Below, piece after piece: positions 9,742-19,581 of a stretch of 64,000 nucleotides of DNA (positions are counted from its first letter, which is position 1; each line of letters begins with the position of its first letter). Below the pieces are notes generated by a model. The model worked only from the letters and a program-made list of their open reading frames with translations, did no database searches and was not told where the DNA came from. Position numbers and translations under genes: made by a program. The DNA comes from Verrucomicrobiota bacterium (GTDB lineage: Bacteria; Verrucomicrobiota; Verrucomicrobiia; Limisphaerales; Palsa-1400): contig JBEKYR010000031.1 in the NCBI GenBank assembly GCA_049510745.1, positions 1-64,000 of the forward strand, read 5' to 3'.

Positions 9742-10278
9742 ATGACAAAGCAGAACGTCACCATCGCGGAACTCGCCCAGGCCATTCGCAACGTCCCGGA
9801 TTTCCCGCAGCCGGGCATCCAGTTCAAGGACATTACGCCGGTGCTGGCGGACGCCCGGCTCTTCGCGGGGTCCATCGACCTGTTGACCGGCGCGCTCCGG
9901 CCCGGCGCGGTCGATACGGTGGTGGGGATTGACGCGCGCGGTTTTATTTTCGCCGCCGCCGCCGCTTACAAGCTCAGGTGCGGCTTTGTGCCGGTGCGAA
10001 AGAAGGGCAAGCTGCCTTACAAGACTTACGAGGAAAGCTACCAGTTGGAATACGGCTCCAATACGATAGCCGTTCACATCGACGCCGTCCAGCCCGGCAG
10101 CCGGGTGTTGCTGGTGGATGATCTGCTGGCGACGGGCGGAACGGCGTGGGCGGCCGCCAATTTGCTCAAGCGCCTGGGCGTGGAAATCCTGGAGATTGTC
10201 TTTCTCATCGAACTGAGTTTCCTCAAGGGCCGCGAAAGGCTCAAGGATTTCCCCGTTCGTTCGCTCATCGTCTATTAA
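9742..10278 (+). CDS. apt: Adenine phosphoribosyltransferase
   Basis: PDFPQPGIQFKDITP, GIDARGF, VRKKGKLP, LEYG, VDDLLATGGT. Confidence 0.97.
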   Translation: MTKQNVTIAELAQAIRNVPDFPQPGIQFKDITPVLADARLFAGSIDLLTGALRPGAVDTVVGIDARGFIFAAAAAYKLRCGFVPVRKKGKLPYKTYEESYQLEYGSNTIAVHIDAVQPGSRVLLVDDLLATGGTAWAAANLLKRLGVEILEIVFLIELSFLKGRERLKDFPVRSLIVY

Positions 10279-10285
10279 GCGAGCT

Positions 10286-12499
10286 GTGGTGAATGCCTTC
10301 TCCTCCGTCGATCTCGCCCTGTTCCGCTTCATCAACTCGTCCCTCAGCAACGGTTTTTTTGACTGGTTGATGCCCTGGGCCAGCAACCCGCCCGGGCTGA
10401 CGGCCCTTCTCCTCCTGGTGTTGCTCGGCCTGATTTGGAAAGGCGGCGTCCGCGGGCGGGTCTGCGTCCTGATGCTCGCGCTGGCCTTGTGCCTGGGCAA
10501 TTGGCTGGTGTGCGACACCATGAAAAACGCCGTCGGCCGAGTGCGCCCGTTTCAGGCGCTGCCCGGCGTTCACTTGCGAGTGGGCGCGGGTGGAAGTTTC
10601 AGCCTGCCCTCCTCCCACGCCGCCAACTGGTTCAGTTTCGCCCTGGTCCTGCTGGTCTATTACCGGCGGACGATTTGGTTCACGCTGCCGCCGGCGCTGC
10701 TGGTCTGCCTGTCCAGAATTTACAATGGCGTTCATTATCCCAGCGACGTGCTGGCCGGGGCCTTGCTGGGGGCGGGCTACAGCGCCGCCGTGATAGGGGG
10801 CCTGGACGCCCTCTGGCAGTCGCTCGGCCCCCGCTGGTTTCCAATCTGGCACGCCCGGCTGCCGTCGCTCGTGCATCCGGTCGCGGCGGAACGGCCGCCG
10901 GGGGAGGCGCCCGGCGCCACCGATTCGCACTGGCTGCGCCTGGGTTATGTGCTGGTGGCGTTGTTCTTCGGCCTGCGCCTGGCGTATCTCGGTTCGGGCA
11001 AGATCGAGTTGAGCGAAGACGAAGCGTATCAATGGATTTGGTCCAAACACCCGGCCCTGTCCTACTACAGCAAACCGCCGTTGATCGCCGGCGCGCAGTT
11101 CCTCGGAACTCACCTCTGGGGTGACAACGAATTTGGCGTGCGCTTCTTTTCGCCGGTCATTGCCGCGGTGCTCTCGGTCCTGGTGCTGCGTTTTTTGGCG
11201 CGCGAAGCGGGCGGCCGCCTGGCCTTCATCGTTTTTGTCATTATCTCGGCCACTCCGCTGACCGCGCTGGGCGCGACGGTGATGACGGTGGACCCGCTCT
11301 CGGTTTTGTTTTGGACCGCCGCCCTCGTGGCGGGCTGGCGGGCCGCGCAACCCGATGGGACAACGCTCCAATGGCTCTGGGTGGGGCTGTGGATGGGGCT
11401 GGGATTCCTGAGCAAATACACCAATCTTTTTCAATACCTCTGTTGGGGCGTCTTTTTTCTGCTGTGGCCGCCGGCGCGACGCCATCTGCGGCGTCCGGGG
11501 CCGTATTGGGCGGCGCTCGTCGGGCTGCTCTGCACGTTGCCGGTGGTGATTTGGAACGCGCAGCATCAGTGGATCACGGTGGAGCACGTGGCCACCGACG
11601 GCCAACTGGACCAAGCCTGGCATCGGACCTACGTCGCGGACTTCCTGCTCACCGAGGCCGCCGCGCTGCACCCGGTGTTTTTTGTGGCGGCGCTGTGGGC
11701 GGCGGCGGCGTTTTGGCGCCGGGGCCGGCGCGAACCGCTCCAGCTTTACCTTTTCAGCATGGGAGCGCCGCTGTTTCTGTTCTATTTCCTGTTGAGCTGG
11801 CACAGCCACATTTTGGGCAACTGGATCGCGCCCGCGGTCATTCCGCTCTTTTGCCTCATGGCCGTCTATTGGGAGAAGCGATGGGAGGAAGGCGCCACGC
11901 TGCTCAAACCGCTGCTGATGGCGTCCGTCGCCTTCGGCGCGCTGGCGGTCGTCTTCATGCATGATTCGAATCTGGCCAACAAAGTTCTGCACCGGAAATT
12001 GCCGGCCCGACTCGACCTCTTGCGCCGCGTGCGAGGTTGGAAGGAGACGGCGCAAATCGCGGGGCAGGCGCGCAAGAATCTCGAAAAACAAGGGCCGCCC
12101 GCCTTCATCATCTGCGAACATTACGGGTTGACGTCGCAGATCACGTTTTATCTGCCCGAAGCCAAACGGCGGGTTGTCTCCGACCCGCTGGTTTTTTTCT
12201 ACGCCCCGCGCCATCCGTGGAACCAGTTTTATTTCTGGCCGAACTATCTGGACCGCGCCGGCCAAAACGCCCTCTTCGTCCGCCAAATCTCCCTTCCCGC
12301 CTTGCGCCCCGATTGGTTTTCCCGCTGGTGGCGCGGGGACCCGGATGTTTTTACACGTGACAAACCGGACCCGTGGCCCCTGCCGCCCGAGGTTCAGCAG
12401 CAATTCGACTCTTTCACCGACCTCGGCATCAAGGACGTTGTGGCCCATGGCGCGGTGGTCCGGCGCGTGCAACTTTTCGAGTGCCACCATCTGCGCTGA
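10286..12499 (+). CDS. PAP2 phosphatase fused to an ArnT/PMT-like (GT-C) glycosyltransferase
   Basis: N-terminal KNAVGRVRP / PSSH / SRIYNGVHYPSD; then DEAYQWIWS, YYSKPPL, GLGFLSKY, PVVIWN and many TM segments. Confidence 0.88.
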   Translation: MVNAFSSVDLALFRFINSSLSNGFFDWLMPWASNPPGLTALLLLVLLGLIWKGGVRGRVCVLMLALALCLGNWLVCDTMKNAVGRVRPFQALPGVHLRVGAGGSFSLPSSHAANWFSFALVLLVYYRRTIWFTLPPALLVCLSRIYNGVHYPSDVLAGALLGAGYSAAVIGGLDALWQSLGPRWFPIWHARLPSLVHPVAAERPPGEAPGATDSHWLRLGYVLVALFFGLRLAYLGSGKIELSEDEAYQWIWSKHPALSYYSKPPLIAGAQFLGTHLWGDNEFGVRFFSPVIAAVLSVLVLRFLAREAGGRLAFIVFVIISATPLTALGATVMTVDPLSVLFWTAALVAGWRAAQPDGTTLQWLWVGLWMGLGFLSKYTNLFQYLCWGVFFLLWPPARRHLRRPGPYWAALVGLLCTLPVVIWNAQHQWITVEHVATDGQLDQAWHRTYVADFLLTEAAALHPVFFVAALWAAAAFWRRGRREPLQLYLFSMGAPLFLFYFLLSWHSHILGNWIAPAVIPLFCLMAVYWEKRWEEGATLLKPLLMASVAFGALAVVFMHDSNLANKVLHRKLPARLDLLRRVRGWKETAQIAGQARKNLEKQGPPAFIICEHYGLTSQITFYLPEAKRRVVSDPLVFFYAPRHPWNQFYFWPNYLDRAGQNALFVRQISLPALRPDWFSRWWRGDPDVFTRDKPDPWPLPPEVQQQFDSFTDLGIKDVVAHGAVVRRVQLFECHHLR

Positions 12500-12500
12500 C

Positions 12501-13364
12501 ATGACCGCGTTCCGCGCCCACTTCGCCGTCGAGCACTACGACCTGGCGGCCACGCTGAGTTGCGGGCAGGCCTTTCGCTGGCGGCGGGCCGGCGGCGCCT
12601 GGGAAGGGGTCGTCGGCGCGCGCTGGGTGCGATTGCGCCAGGAGGCGGGCCAAATCTCCGCCGAAACCGCCGCGCCGCCCGGCGATTGGCAATGGCTGCG
12701 CCAGTATCTGCAACTGGACATCCGTCTGGACGAGGTCCTGGCCAGCTTTCCCGATGATGAACCGATGCGGAGAGCGGTGGCGGCCTGCCGCGGGCTGCGG
12801 TTGCTGCGGCAGGAGCCGTGGGAATGTCTGGCGTCGTTTATATGCTCCTCGACCAAGCAGATTGCGCAAATCCAACAGATCATCGCCCTGCTTTGCCGCC
12901 GCTACGGCACGGCGCTGGCGACGCCGGAAGGAGCGGAACCGGCGTGGTCGTTTCCCACCGTCGAGCGGCTGGCCGCCGCGCCCGCGATGGAACTGCGCGA
13001 GTGCAAGCTGGGCTTTCGCGCCCCGTATCTGGCCGGCACGGCCGCGAAACTGGCGGCCGGCGCGGTGGATTTGTCCCGGCTCTCCAAAATGCCGCTGGGG
13101 GAAGCGCGCGCGGCGTTGCTCGAATTGCCGGGAGTGGGCGTCAAAATCGCCGATTGCGTTCTGCTCTTCGGGCATGGATTCCAAGAGGCCTTTCCGGTCG
13201 ATGTCTGGATCATGCGGGCGTTGCGGCGGCTTTATTTTCCGCGGCGCGGCGCGGCGCCCGCCCGGCTGCGGCGGTTTAGTCAAACCTATTTTGGCCCCCA
13301 CGCCGGCTACGCCCAGCAGTATTTGTTTCATTACATGCGGACCAAGGCCGGCCGCGATTTTTAG
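12501..13364 (+). CDS. 8-oxoguanine DNA glycosylase (OGG1-like, HhH-GPD)
   Basis: TLSCGQAFRW, GLRLLRQEPWECLASFICS, LGFRAPY, LPGVGVKIADC, FPVDVW, AGYAQQYLF. Confidence 0.92.
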   Translation: MTAFRAHFAVEHYDLAATLSCGQAFRWRRAGGAWEGVVGARWVRLRQEAGQISAETAAPPGDWQWLRQYLQLDIRLDEVLASFPDDEPMRRAVAACRGLRLLRQEPWECLASFICSSTKQIAQIQQIIALLCRRYGTALATPEGAEPAWSFPTVERLAAAPAMELRECKLGFRAPYLAGTAAKLAAGAVDLSRLSKMPLGEARAALLELPGVGVKIADCVLLFGHGFQEAFPVDVWIMRALRRLYFPRRGAAPARLRRFSQTYFGPHAGYAQQYLFHYMRTKAGRDF

Positions 13365-13500
13365 AGCGGTTTAAGAACCAGTGCAGCCGGTGTTCGACGG
13401 AGAATGTGTTCGGCGAGGCGCCGAACACGGCGGGCGAGGGCGCCCGCGCTCCCCAAAACCCCTGCGCCTCAGCGGCTACAGTTTTCATGAAATTGCTCTA
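13362..13500. mobile_element. MITE-like element with ~27-bp imperfect terminal inverted repeats (TAGAGC...GCTCTA)
   Basis: Left end tagagcggtttaagaaccagtgcagcc; right end reverse complement tagagcaatttcatgaaaactgtagcc; non-coding interior. Confidence 0.6.
13406..13454. repeat. REP-like double hairpin
   Basis: gtgttcggcg-agg-cgccgaacac (10-bp stem), then gcgggcg-aggg-cgcccgc (7-bp stem) and gctcccc tail. Confidence 0.7.
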
Positions 13501-14643
13501 ATTCGCCGGCCCGGTCCCTTTTTGGGCGGCAGTCTTGACAAAGAACGCGACCAGGCGCGGCGCGAAGTCCTCCAGGGTTGGATACTGATCGCGGTGGGCC
13601 TCATACTCGCCCAGCAGGTCGGACATCTCGGGCATCCAGAGAAACCCGTTCCGTTTTTCGGCCTGAATGGCGCGCCGGGCGGCCTCTTCCCCTTCATACT
13701 GGCGCAGGTAACGGATGACGCAGACGCGGACGAGCGACTCCTTGAACATCGTCTGTGCGGTGCCATAGGCCTGGGAGCGCATCTTCCCGGCAACCTGCGC
13801 AAAGAGGGACTCGCCTGCCGCGCTGAGTTCGGCTTGGTGGCGCTCGATGATTGGATTGGCATAGGAATGGCAAAATTCGTGGACGACCGTGGGAATGTGG
13901 CCGGTGAATACGGGCAAACCCTGCTGATCGGCCTGCCATACGCCGAGGACGCAATAGAGTTCTTCGCGGCCGTCCGCGGCGCGGAAATGCGGGCCATAGC
14001 AACTGCCGCCATTGAGCATACCCAGCACGACGGTGAAGCTGGCTTGCGGGCGCCGGCCAAAATAGGCGTCGAACCATTCGAGGTGGGCTTCCTTTTCGAT
14101 GAGTGACTGCATCCGCGTCACCGCGGTCTGGTAGAGCGGGTGGTGGCGCTCGATGAACTGCTGGAAGGAACTGTCTTTGACGAACTGCTGCGCCGCCGCG
14201 AGGAAGTTGCCGGCATCGGGGGCAGTCCAGCGTTGGTCCAGGCCCTCCGGCCAGGGTTGGAGCGGGAGTTTGAGCTTGGGGTCATCGGCATCGGTCAAAT
14301 GGACCGCCATGCTCATGACGGCGTCAAAGGAAACGCCGTTGGATTCGCGCAGTTCCCGGGCGAGATTGACCACCGTATGGCCGCGAAACTTCCTGAACTG
14401 CTTGTCCGCCTCATTGGCGTAGGATTCGAGCACATTGGGCATGTTGTACTCCCGGTTGCCGGCCAGGCGAAAGATAAGGCTCAACAGTTCCACGCGCGGA
14501 TCGACGACCACCCGCAGCGAGTGGGCGGAGCCGGGGGCCGCCTGGCTGGCGGCGCTGTTGGTGGACTCAGCAGCCATTACAGTCGATTGAGCCAGCGCGG
14601 CTGCCGCCGCGATGGCGACGGCGGGGGGGCGGATGTATTGCAT
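13498..14643 (-). CDS. Secreted DUF4932-like protein with HExxH zincin motif
   Basis: Signal peptide; VDPRVELLSLIFRLAG; VHEFCHSYANP followed by ESLVR; YPTLEDF near the end. Confidence 0.8.
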   Translation of the reverse strand: MQYIRPPAVAIAAAAALAQSTVMAAESTNSAASQAAPGSAHSLRVVVDPRVELLSLIFRLAGNREYNMPNVLESYANEADKQFRKFRGHTVVNLARELRESNGVSFDAVMSMAVHLTDADDPKLKLPLQPWPEGLDQRWTAPDAGNFLAAAQQFVKDSSFQQFIERHHPLYQTAVTRMQSLIEKEAHLEWFDAYFGRRPQASFTVVLGMLNGGSCYGPHFRAADGREELYCVLGVWQADQQGLPVFTGHIPTVVHEFCHSYANPIIERHQAELSAAGESLFAQVAGKMRSQAYGTAQTMFKESLVRVCVIRYLRQYEGEEAARRAIQAEKRNGFLWMPEMSDLLGEYEAHRDQYPTLEDFAPRLVAFFVKTAAQKGTGPAN

Positions 14644-14692
14644 AAAGGTGTGACACGGCGGGGCGCAGAATTGTTTCAGAGAGGCATGTGTC

Positions 14693-15610
14693 GTATTTCA
14701 ATTCTCGGATTTCAAATTTCGAGGGGGGTATCCCCCCTAGTGTAATGGGGTCTGATTTAGTTTGATTTAGTCTGATTTAGTTTGATTTTTGGGGGGGCCG
14801 AGGGGCCAAAACGACCGATGGGACCAATGGGACGAATGAACGACCCGCCGGCGGAGCGTCCGGAGCCATCCCTGCCTTGCCCGATGTGATGAGCATTTCA
14901 TCGACGGATGTAGTAACACAGAATTATGGAGGGCGCAAGAACGATTTTGCGGAGAATTGTGAGGTCAGAATCATCCGCCTTTGCCGAGGCTACGGCGGAC
15001 AGGGTGAAGTGAATGGAAGGAGGGAGCCGCAAGGAGCACAGAGACAAGGAGTTATGGAGGTTTGGCCGAGCCAAAAAGGAATCAGTGAACCGGAGAAGAA
15101 TGAGCGAATCAGTGAATCAGTGAATCTAGGAGGGGGCGGAATGGCGGACGGTGCTGTTGACCGGGAAAGAGGGGGAAGGGGTGAGGTCTGAATCGACAGT
15201 GAGCGGGGCAAAGGAAGCGCGGGGTTGCCACAAAAATGCGCAAGGGGCACATAGATAAGGAGTTATGACTAAGAAACAACGACTTGCAACGGACGAAAAC
15301 CCAAGAATGCGAAAAAGGGATGCGTTGACAGGATTAACAGGATGGACAGGATGAAAAAAACCGGAAACCACGCTGCATGTTGGCCGGGGCAGTGTGGGTG
15401 AACCGGGCGAAACGAAAAGGGTTTTGGCCGGCTCTGCGAGGACCTCGGGGCGCGCTTGGGTTGAAGCATGGACGTCGTGGACTTGGTGGACGGAGTGGAC
15501 GGACACGGACAAACACGAACGGACACGGACAAACACGAACGGACACGGACAAACACGAACGGACACGGACAAACACGGACGGACAGGGACAAACACGGAC
15601 GGACAGGGAC
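14693..15610. repeat. Non-coding cluster of different short tandem repeats and palindromes
   Basis: TYTGATTTAG x4 (14751-14789); GACCRATGG x3 (14813-14838); palindrome tccgcc-tttgccgaggctac-ggcgga (14974-14999); GAATCAGT x2.6 (15106-15126); ACAGGAT 9-mer x3 (15327-15353); TGGAC 9-mer x4 (15469-15500). Confidence 0.85.
15501..15610 (+). repeat. Tandem repeat GGACACGGACAAACACGAAC x5.5
   Basis: Three perfect 20-bp copies followed by degenerate copies, with no spacers. Confidence 0.95.
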
Positions 15611-15905
15611 GGTGTGGATTTTAGCCACTATCCAAAAGCCGAAGTAAAACGCGTCGTTGGCGGACAAGGGCGGTATGATTGGGAGAGCGCCGGGTGAGCC
15701 ACGGAACCGGCTTCTTTTTTCGCGTGTTTCGTCAGGTGAGGATTCAGGAAACGTTTTCAGGGGCCGCTTGTTATTTGACGAACGAAATGAAGTCCGACAC
15801 ACTCCCGCCCGTCAAAAGGGTCGAAATGAAACGCTTAGGTCTTGCCTGCCTTGCAGGTTGCATTCTCGGTCTTGGGGTCCGCAGGGCAGCCCAAGCCAGC
15901 CAGGG

Positions 15906-18473
15906 ATGAAAACACCGCCGCCCTCCATTTCCCAATCGCGCCCGGCCGTGAGCGGGAAGTTTTTTCGCCTGGGCGAGGCGAAGTTTTACCTCAAAGGCGT
16001 GACCTACGGCCCCTTCCGCCCCAACAGCGCCGGCGAGCCGTTTCCCGAACGCGCGGACGCGGCGCGCGATTTCGAGCTGATCCGCGGCCTCGGCGCCAAC
16101 CTTTTGCGCGTCTATCATGTGCCCCCGCGCTGGCTCCTGGACCTGGCCGGGCCCTGCGGCCTGAAGCTCCTCATCGATATTCCCTGGAGCAAGCACGTTT
16201 GTTTCCTGGATTCCCCGGCTTCTCACGACGAAGCCTGCGCCGCCGTCCGCGCCGCCGTGCAAAGCTGCGCCCGCCATCCCGCCGTCTTCGCCTACAGCGT
16301 CGTCAACGAATTGCCGCCCGACATTGTCCGCTGGAGCGGCGCGCAGGCGGTGGAGGATTTTCTCGACGAACTGGCGCAGGTGGCCAAGGAGGTCGATCCC
16401 GAATGCCTTTGCACCTTCGGCAATTATCCGCCGACGGAATTTCTCAATCCGCGGAACATGGATTTCATCTGCTTCAACGTCTATCTGCACCAGCAGCGCC
16501 CCTTCGAGAATTACCTGGCCCGGCTGCAGATGATCGCCGACACCAGGCCGCTGGTCCTGGGAGAAATTGGGATTGACAGCGTCCGCGAGGGCGAGACCCA
16601 AAAATGCGAGATGCTCGACTGGCAGATCGAGTCCGCCTTCCGCGCCGGACTGGCCGGGGCCATCGTGTTCAGCTTCACCGACGAATGGCACAAGGACGGG
16701 CGCGACGTGCCCGACTGGTATTTCGGTTTGACAACGCGCGAGCGCCAGCCCAAACCCTCCTTCGAGGTCGTCCGGCGCAAATTCGCCCAGGCCCCCTACT
16801 TCCCGCTCCAACGCTACCCGAAGGTCTCAATTGTCGTCGCCTGCTACAATGGCGGCCGCACCTTGCAACCGTGCCTGGATTCGCTCACCCGCCTCAATTA
16901 TCCCGATTACGAAGTCATCGTGGTGGACGACGGTTCGACCGACATCACGCCGCAGGTCGCCTCGCTCTACAAAAACTTCCGCACTCTCAGCCAGGCCCAC
17001 CAGGGCTTGTCGGTCGCGCGCAACGCCGGCCTCTTCGCCAGCCAGGGCGAGGTGGTGGCGTTTACCGACGCCGACTGCCGGGCGGACGAGGACTGGCTCT
17101 ACTATCTGGCCGCGGATTTGTTGAAAGGCTCGTTTGTGGGCGTGGGCGGACACAATTTTTTGCCGCCGGACGACTCGGCCGTGGCAGCGGCGGTGATGGT
17201 TTCGCCCGGCGGCCCCGCCCACGTCATGCTCACCGACCGGCAGGCCGAGCACATTCCCGGCTGCAACATGGCTTTTTACAAATGGGCGCTGGTCGAAATC
17301 GGCGGCTTCGATCCGATTTTTCACCGGGCGGGCGACGACGTCGATGTCTGCTGGCGCTTGCAACAGCGCGGCTATCGCATCGGTTTCAGCCCGCCGGCAT
17401 TCGTCTGGCATTACCGGCGGCCGACGGTGCCGGCGTATCTGCGCCAGCAAAGCGGCTACGGCGAAGCGGAAGCGATGCTGGTGCGGCGGCATCCGGAGTA
17501 CTTCAATTCGTTTGGGGGCAGCGTGTGGCAGGGGCGCATCTACACCAGCTCGAAGTTTGGCCTGACCATCCGGCGGCCGATGATTTATCACGGGCATTTT
17601 GGCACGGGCTTTTTCCAAAGCATCTACCGCGCCGAGCCGGCCACGGTGCTGCTGCTCTGCACCAGCCTGGAATACCACGTTCTGGTCAACTTGCCGCTCC
17701 TGGCGCTCTCGGTGCCCTTTGCTTCCCTGGCGCCGCTGGCCCTGACCAGTGTGCTCTTTTCCCTCGGCGTCTGCTTGGTGGCGGGGGCGCAGGCGCCTTT
17801 GCCGCGCCCCAAGCGCCGCTTTTGGTCCCGGCCCCTGGTCGCCCTGCTTTTCTTCCTCCAACCCATCGTCCGCGGCTGGGCGCGCTACCAGGGCCGCCTC
17901 CAGTTTGAGCCGACGCCGCCAAAAGCGCTGGAAACTTTCGAGTCGCTCGCGTTGCAAGACCGCCCCGAGGCCCTCGACCAGGTCGAGTATTGGTCAAATA
18001 CAAAAATGGACCGCCTCGAATTTGTCCGCCGCGTCCTCCAGCGGCTGGGCCAGCAAGGCTGGGAGATCAAGGAGGACGCCGGCTGGAGCGATTTCGACGT
18101 CGAGGTCTTCGGCAGCCGCTGGGCGCATCTGCAATTGGCCACCGTGGCCGAGCCGCACGCGGGCGGCCGGCAATTGGTGCGCTGCCGCCTGCGCGCCGCC
18201 TGGTCGTTGTCCGCCAAAGTCGCCCTCTGCTCCATCCTCGGATTTGAACTGGTCGTCATCGGCTTCGTTTGGCACTCTCTCTGGCAGATATGGTTTTTGC
18301 TCCTGACCGTTCCGGCTTTCGCCTGGTATGTCAACCGCGACCGGCGCGATTTGCAGCGCTTGATTGCCGTTGTCCTGGACGAGATCGCGCGGGAAAACAG
18401 CATGACCAAGCTGCGCCGGGAGAGCCAAAAAACCGCCGCGCCGCAGACGGCGCCCCCTGAGCCGCCGCGCTGA
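15906..18473 (+). CDS. GH2-like TIM-barrel domain fused to a family 2 glycosyltransferase with C-terminal membrane region
   Basis: KGVTYGPF, GANLLRVY, NE and LGEIG (clan GH-A-like Glu pair); VSIVVACYN, VVDDGSTD, FTDAD, GDDVDVCWRL, YLRQQSGYG. Confidence 0.88.
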   Translation: MKTPPPSISQSRPAVSGKFFRLGEAKFYLKGVTYGPFRPNSAGEPFPERADAARDFELIRGLGANLLRVYHVPPRWLLDLAGPCGLKLLIDIPWSKHVCFLDSPASHDEACAAVRAAVQSCARHPAVFAYSVVNELPPDIVRWSGAQAVEDFLDELAQVAKEVDPECLCTFGNYPPTEFLNPRNMDFICFNVYLHQQRPFENYLARLQMIADTRPLVLGEIGIDSVREGETQKCEMLDWQIESAFRAGLAGAIVFSFTDEWHKDGRDVPDWYFGLTTRERQPKPSFEVVRRKFAQAPYFPLQRYPKVSIVVACYNGGRTLQPCLDSLTRLNYPDYEVIVVDDGSTDITPQVASLYKNFRTLSQAHQGLSVARNAGLFASQGEVVAFTDADCRADEDWLYYLAADLLKGSFVGVGGHNFLPPDDSAVAAAVMVSPGGPAHVMLTDRQAEHIPGCNMAFYKWALVEIGGFDPIFHRAGDDVDVCWRLQQRGYRIGFSPPAFVWHYRRPTVPAYLRQQSGYGEAEAMLVRRHPEYFNSFGGSVWQGRIYTSSKFGLTIRRPMIYHGHFGTGFFQSIYRAEPATVLLLCTSLEYHVLVNLPLLALSVPFASLAPLALTSVLFSLGVCLVAGAQAPLPRPKRRFWSRPLVALLFFLQPIVRGWARYQGRLQFEPTPPKALETFESLALQDRPEALDQVEYWSNTKMDRLEFVRRVLQRLGQQGWEIKEDAGWSDFDVEVFGSRWAHLQLATVAEPHAGGRQLVRCRLRAAWSLSAKVALCSILGFELVVIGFVWHSLWQIWFLLLTVPAFAWYVNRDRRDLQRLIAVVLDEIARENSMTKLRRESQKTAAPQTAPPEPPR

Positions 18474-18497
18474 TCGCAGACTCCAATCGCACCCAAG

Positions 18498-19331
18498 ATG
18501 AAGCCCTACCTCGATCTTCTTCAGAACATACTCGATCAAGGCGTTCCTCGGGGAGACCGGACGGGCACCGGGACCAGGAGCATTTTTGGGGCGCAGTTGC
18601 GTTTTGACTTGTCGAAAGGCTTCCCGCTGGTCACCACGCGAAAAGTCTTCTTCAAAGGCATCATTCACGAACTTCTCTGGTTCCTCGCCGGCGATACCAA
18701 CATCAAGTACCTCACGGACCATAATGTTCATATTTGGGATGCCTGGGCCGATGACAAAGGGGATTTGGGTCCCGTGTATGGCGCGCAATGGCGGGCCTGG
18801 GAAGCCCCGGGCGGGCGGAAAATCGACCAAATCAGCCAACTCCTCCACCAGCTCCGGACCAAACCGGAATCCCGGCGGCATCTGGTCAGTGCCTGGAATC
18901 CCGCGGTGCTTCCTGACGAAAGCAGAAGCCCTCAGGATAATGTCCGCGCGGGATGCGCCGCCCTGGCCTCCTGCCACGCCCTCTTTCAATTCTACGTTGC
19001 CGGGGGCCGGCTGTCGTGCCAGCTCTACCAGCGTTCGGTTGACTGCCCGGTTGGCATGGTTTTCAACGTTCCGCAGTATTCATTGTTGACACACCTGATC
19101 GCCCAGCAGTGTGATTTGGAACCCGGGGACTTCGTCTGGACTGGCGGGGACTGCCACATTTACTTGAACCAGATTGAAAGCGTCCGGGAGCAGCTCAAGC
19201 GCGAACCCCGGCCACTACCAAAGCTGATCCTCAAGCGCAAACCCGCATCCATTTTCGAGTATCAGTTCGAGGATTTTGAAATCGTTGGCTACGACCCGCA
19301 TGCCCCGATCAAATATCCAGTGGCGGTGTGA
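18498..19331 (+). CDS. thyA: Thymidylate synthase
   Basis: [31 protein letters not shown], catalytic CH, LYQRSVD, FN, HIYLN. Confidence 0.96.
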   Translation: MKPYLDLLQNILDQGVPRGDRTGTGTRSIFGAQLRFDLSKGFPLVTTRKVFFKGIIHELLWFLAGDTNIKYLTDHNVHIWDAWADDKGDLGPVYGAQWRAWEAPGGRKIDQISQLLHQLRTKPESRRHLVSAWNPAVLPDESRSPQDNVRAGCAALASCHALFQFYVAGGRLSCQLYQRSVDCPVGMVFNVPQYSLLTHLIAQQCDLEPGDFVWTGGDCHIYLNQIESVREQLKREPRPLPKLILKRKPASIFEYQFEDFEIVGYDPHAPIKYPVAV

Positions 19332-19502
19332 TGCCGCTAAACGCCGCCCGCATGAGCGCGCCGTCGGTTGCACAAGCCGTCGGCGGTATGTGCAGAAATT
19401 GCCCAAAAGGCCCGCCCGCCGCTCCTGCGCCCACGCCCGGCCATCTTCCGTGTCCGCGTTTAAGATATTGTCGAGCAACGCTTTACACAAGCTTTGCCGT
19501 TT

Positions 19503-19520
19503 CTGGCATTAACCTTGCGT
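19503..19520 (+). promoter_or_regulatory. Sigma54 (-24/-12) promoter
   Basis: CTGGCATTAACCTTGCGT: GG at 19505-19506, exactly 10 nt, GC at 19517-19518. Confidence 0.65.
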
Positions 19521-19581
19521 ATGAGGCAACCGTGACTGAAATGAGTCACATTGAAAGAGAACGCAGTTTTATCGAAGCATA

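Noticed and set aside
15501..15610. Possible CRISPR array
   Set aside because: Head-to-tail 20-bp repeats with no unique spacers, and no cas genes in the window.
14877..15802. ORFs of 76-177 aa across the repeat cluster
   Set aside because: Translations merely mirror the DNA repeats in several frames (VRVCPCPFVF, TRTNTNGHG); no family motif.
18498..19331. thyA as a phage-type dCMP hydroxymethylase because of the unusual [16 protein letters not shown] segment
   Set aside because: The catalytic Cys and the dUMP-specifying Asn (FN) are retained, and the context is housekeeping.
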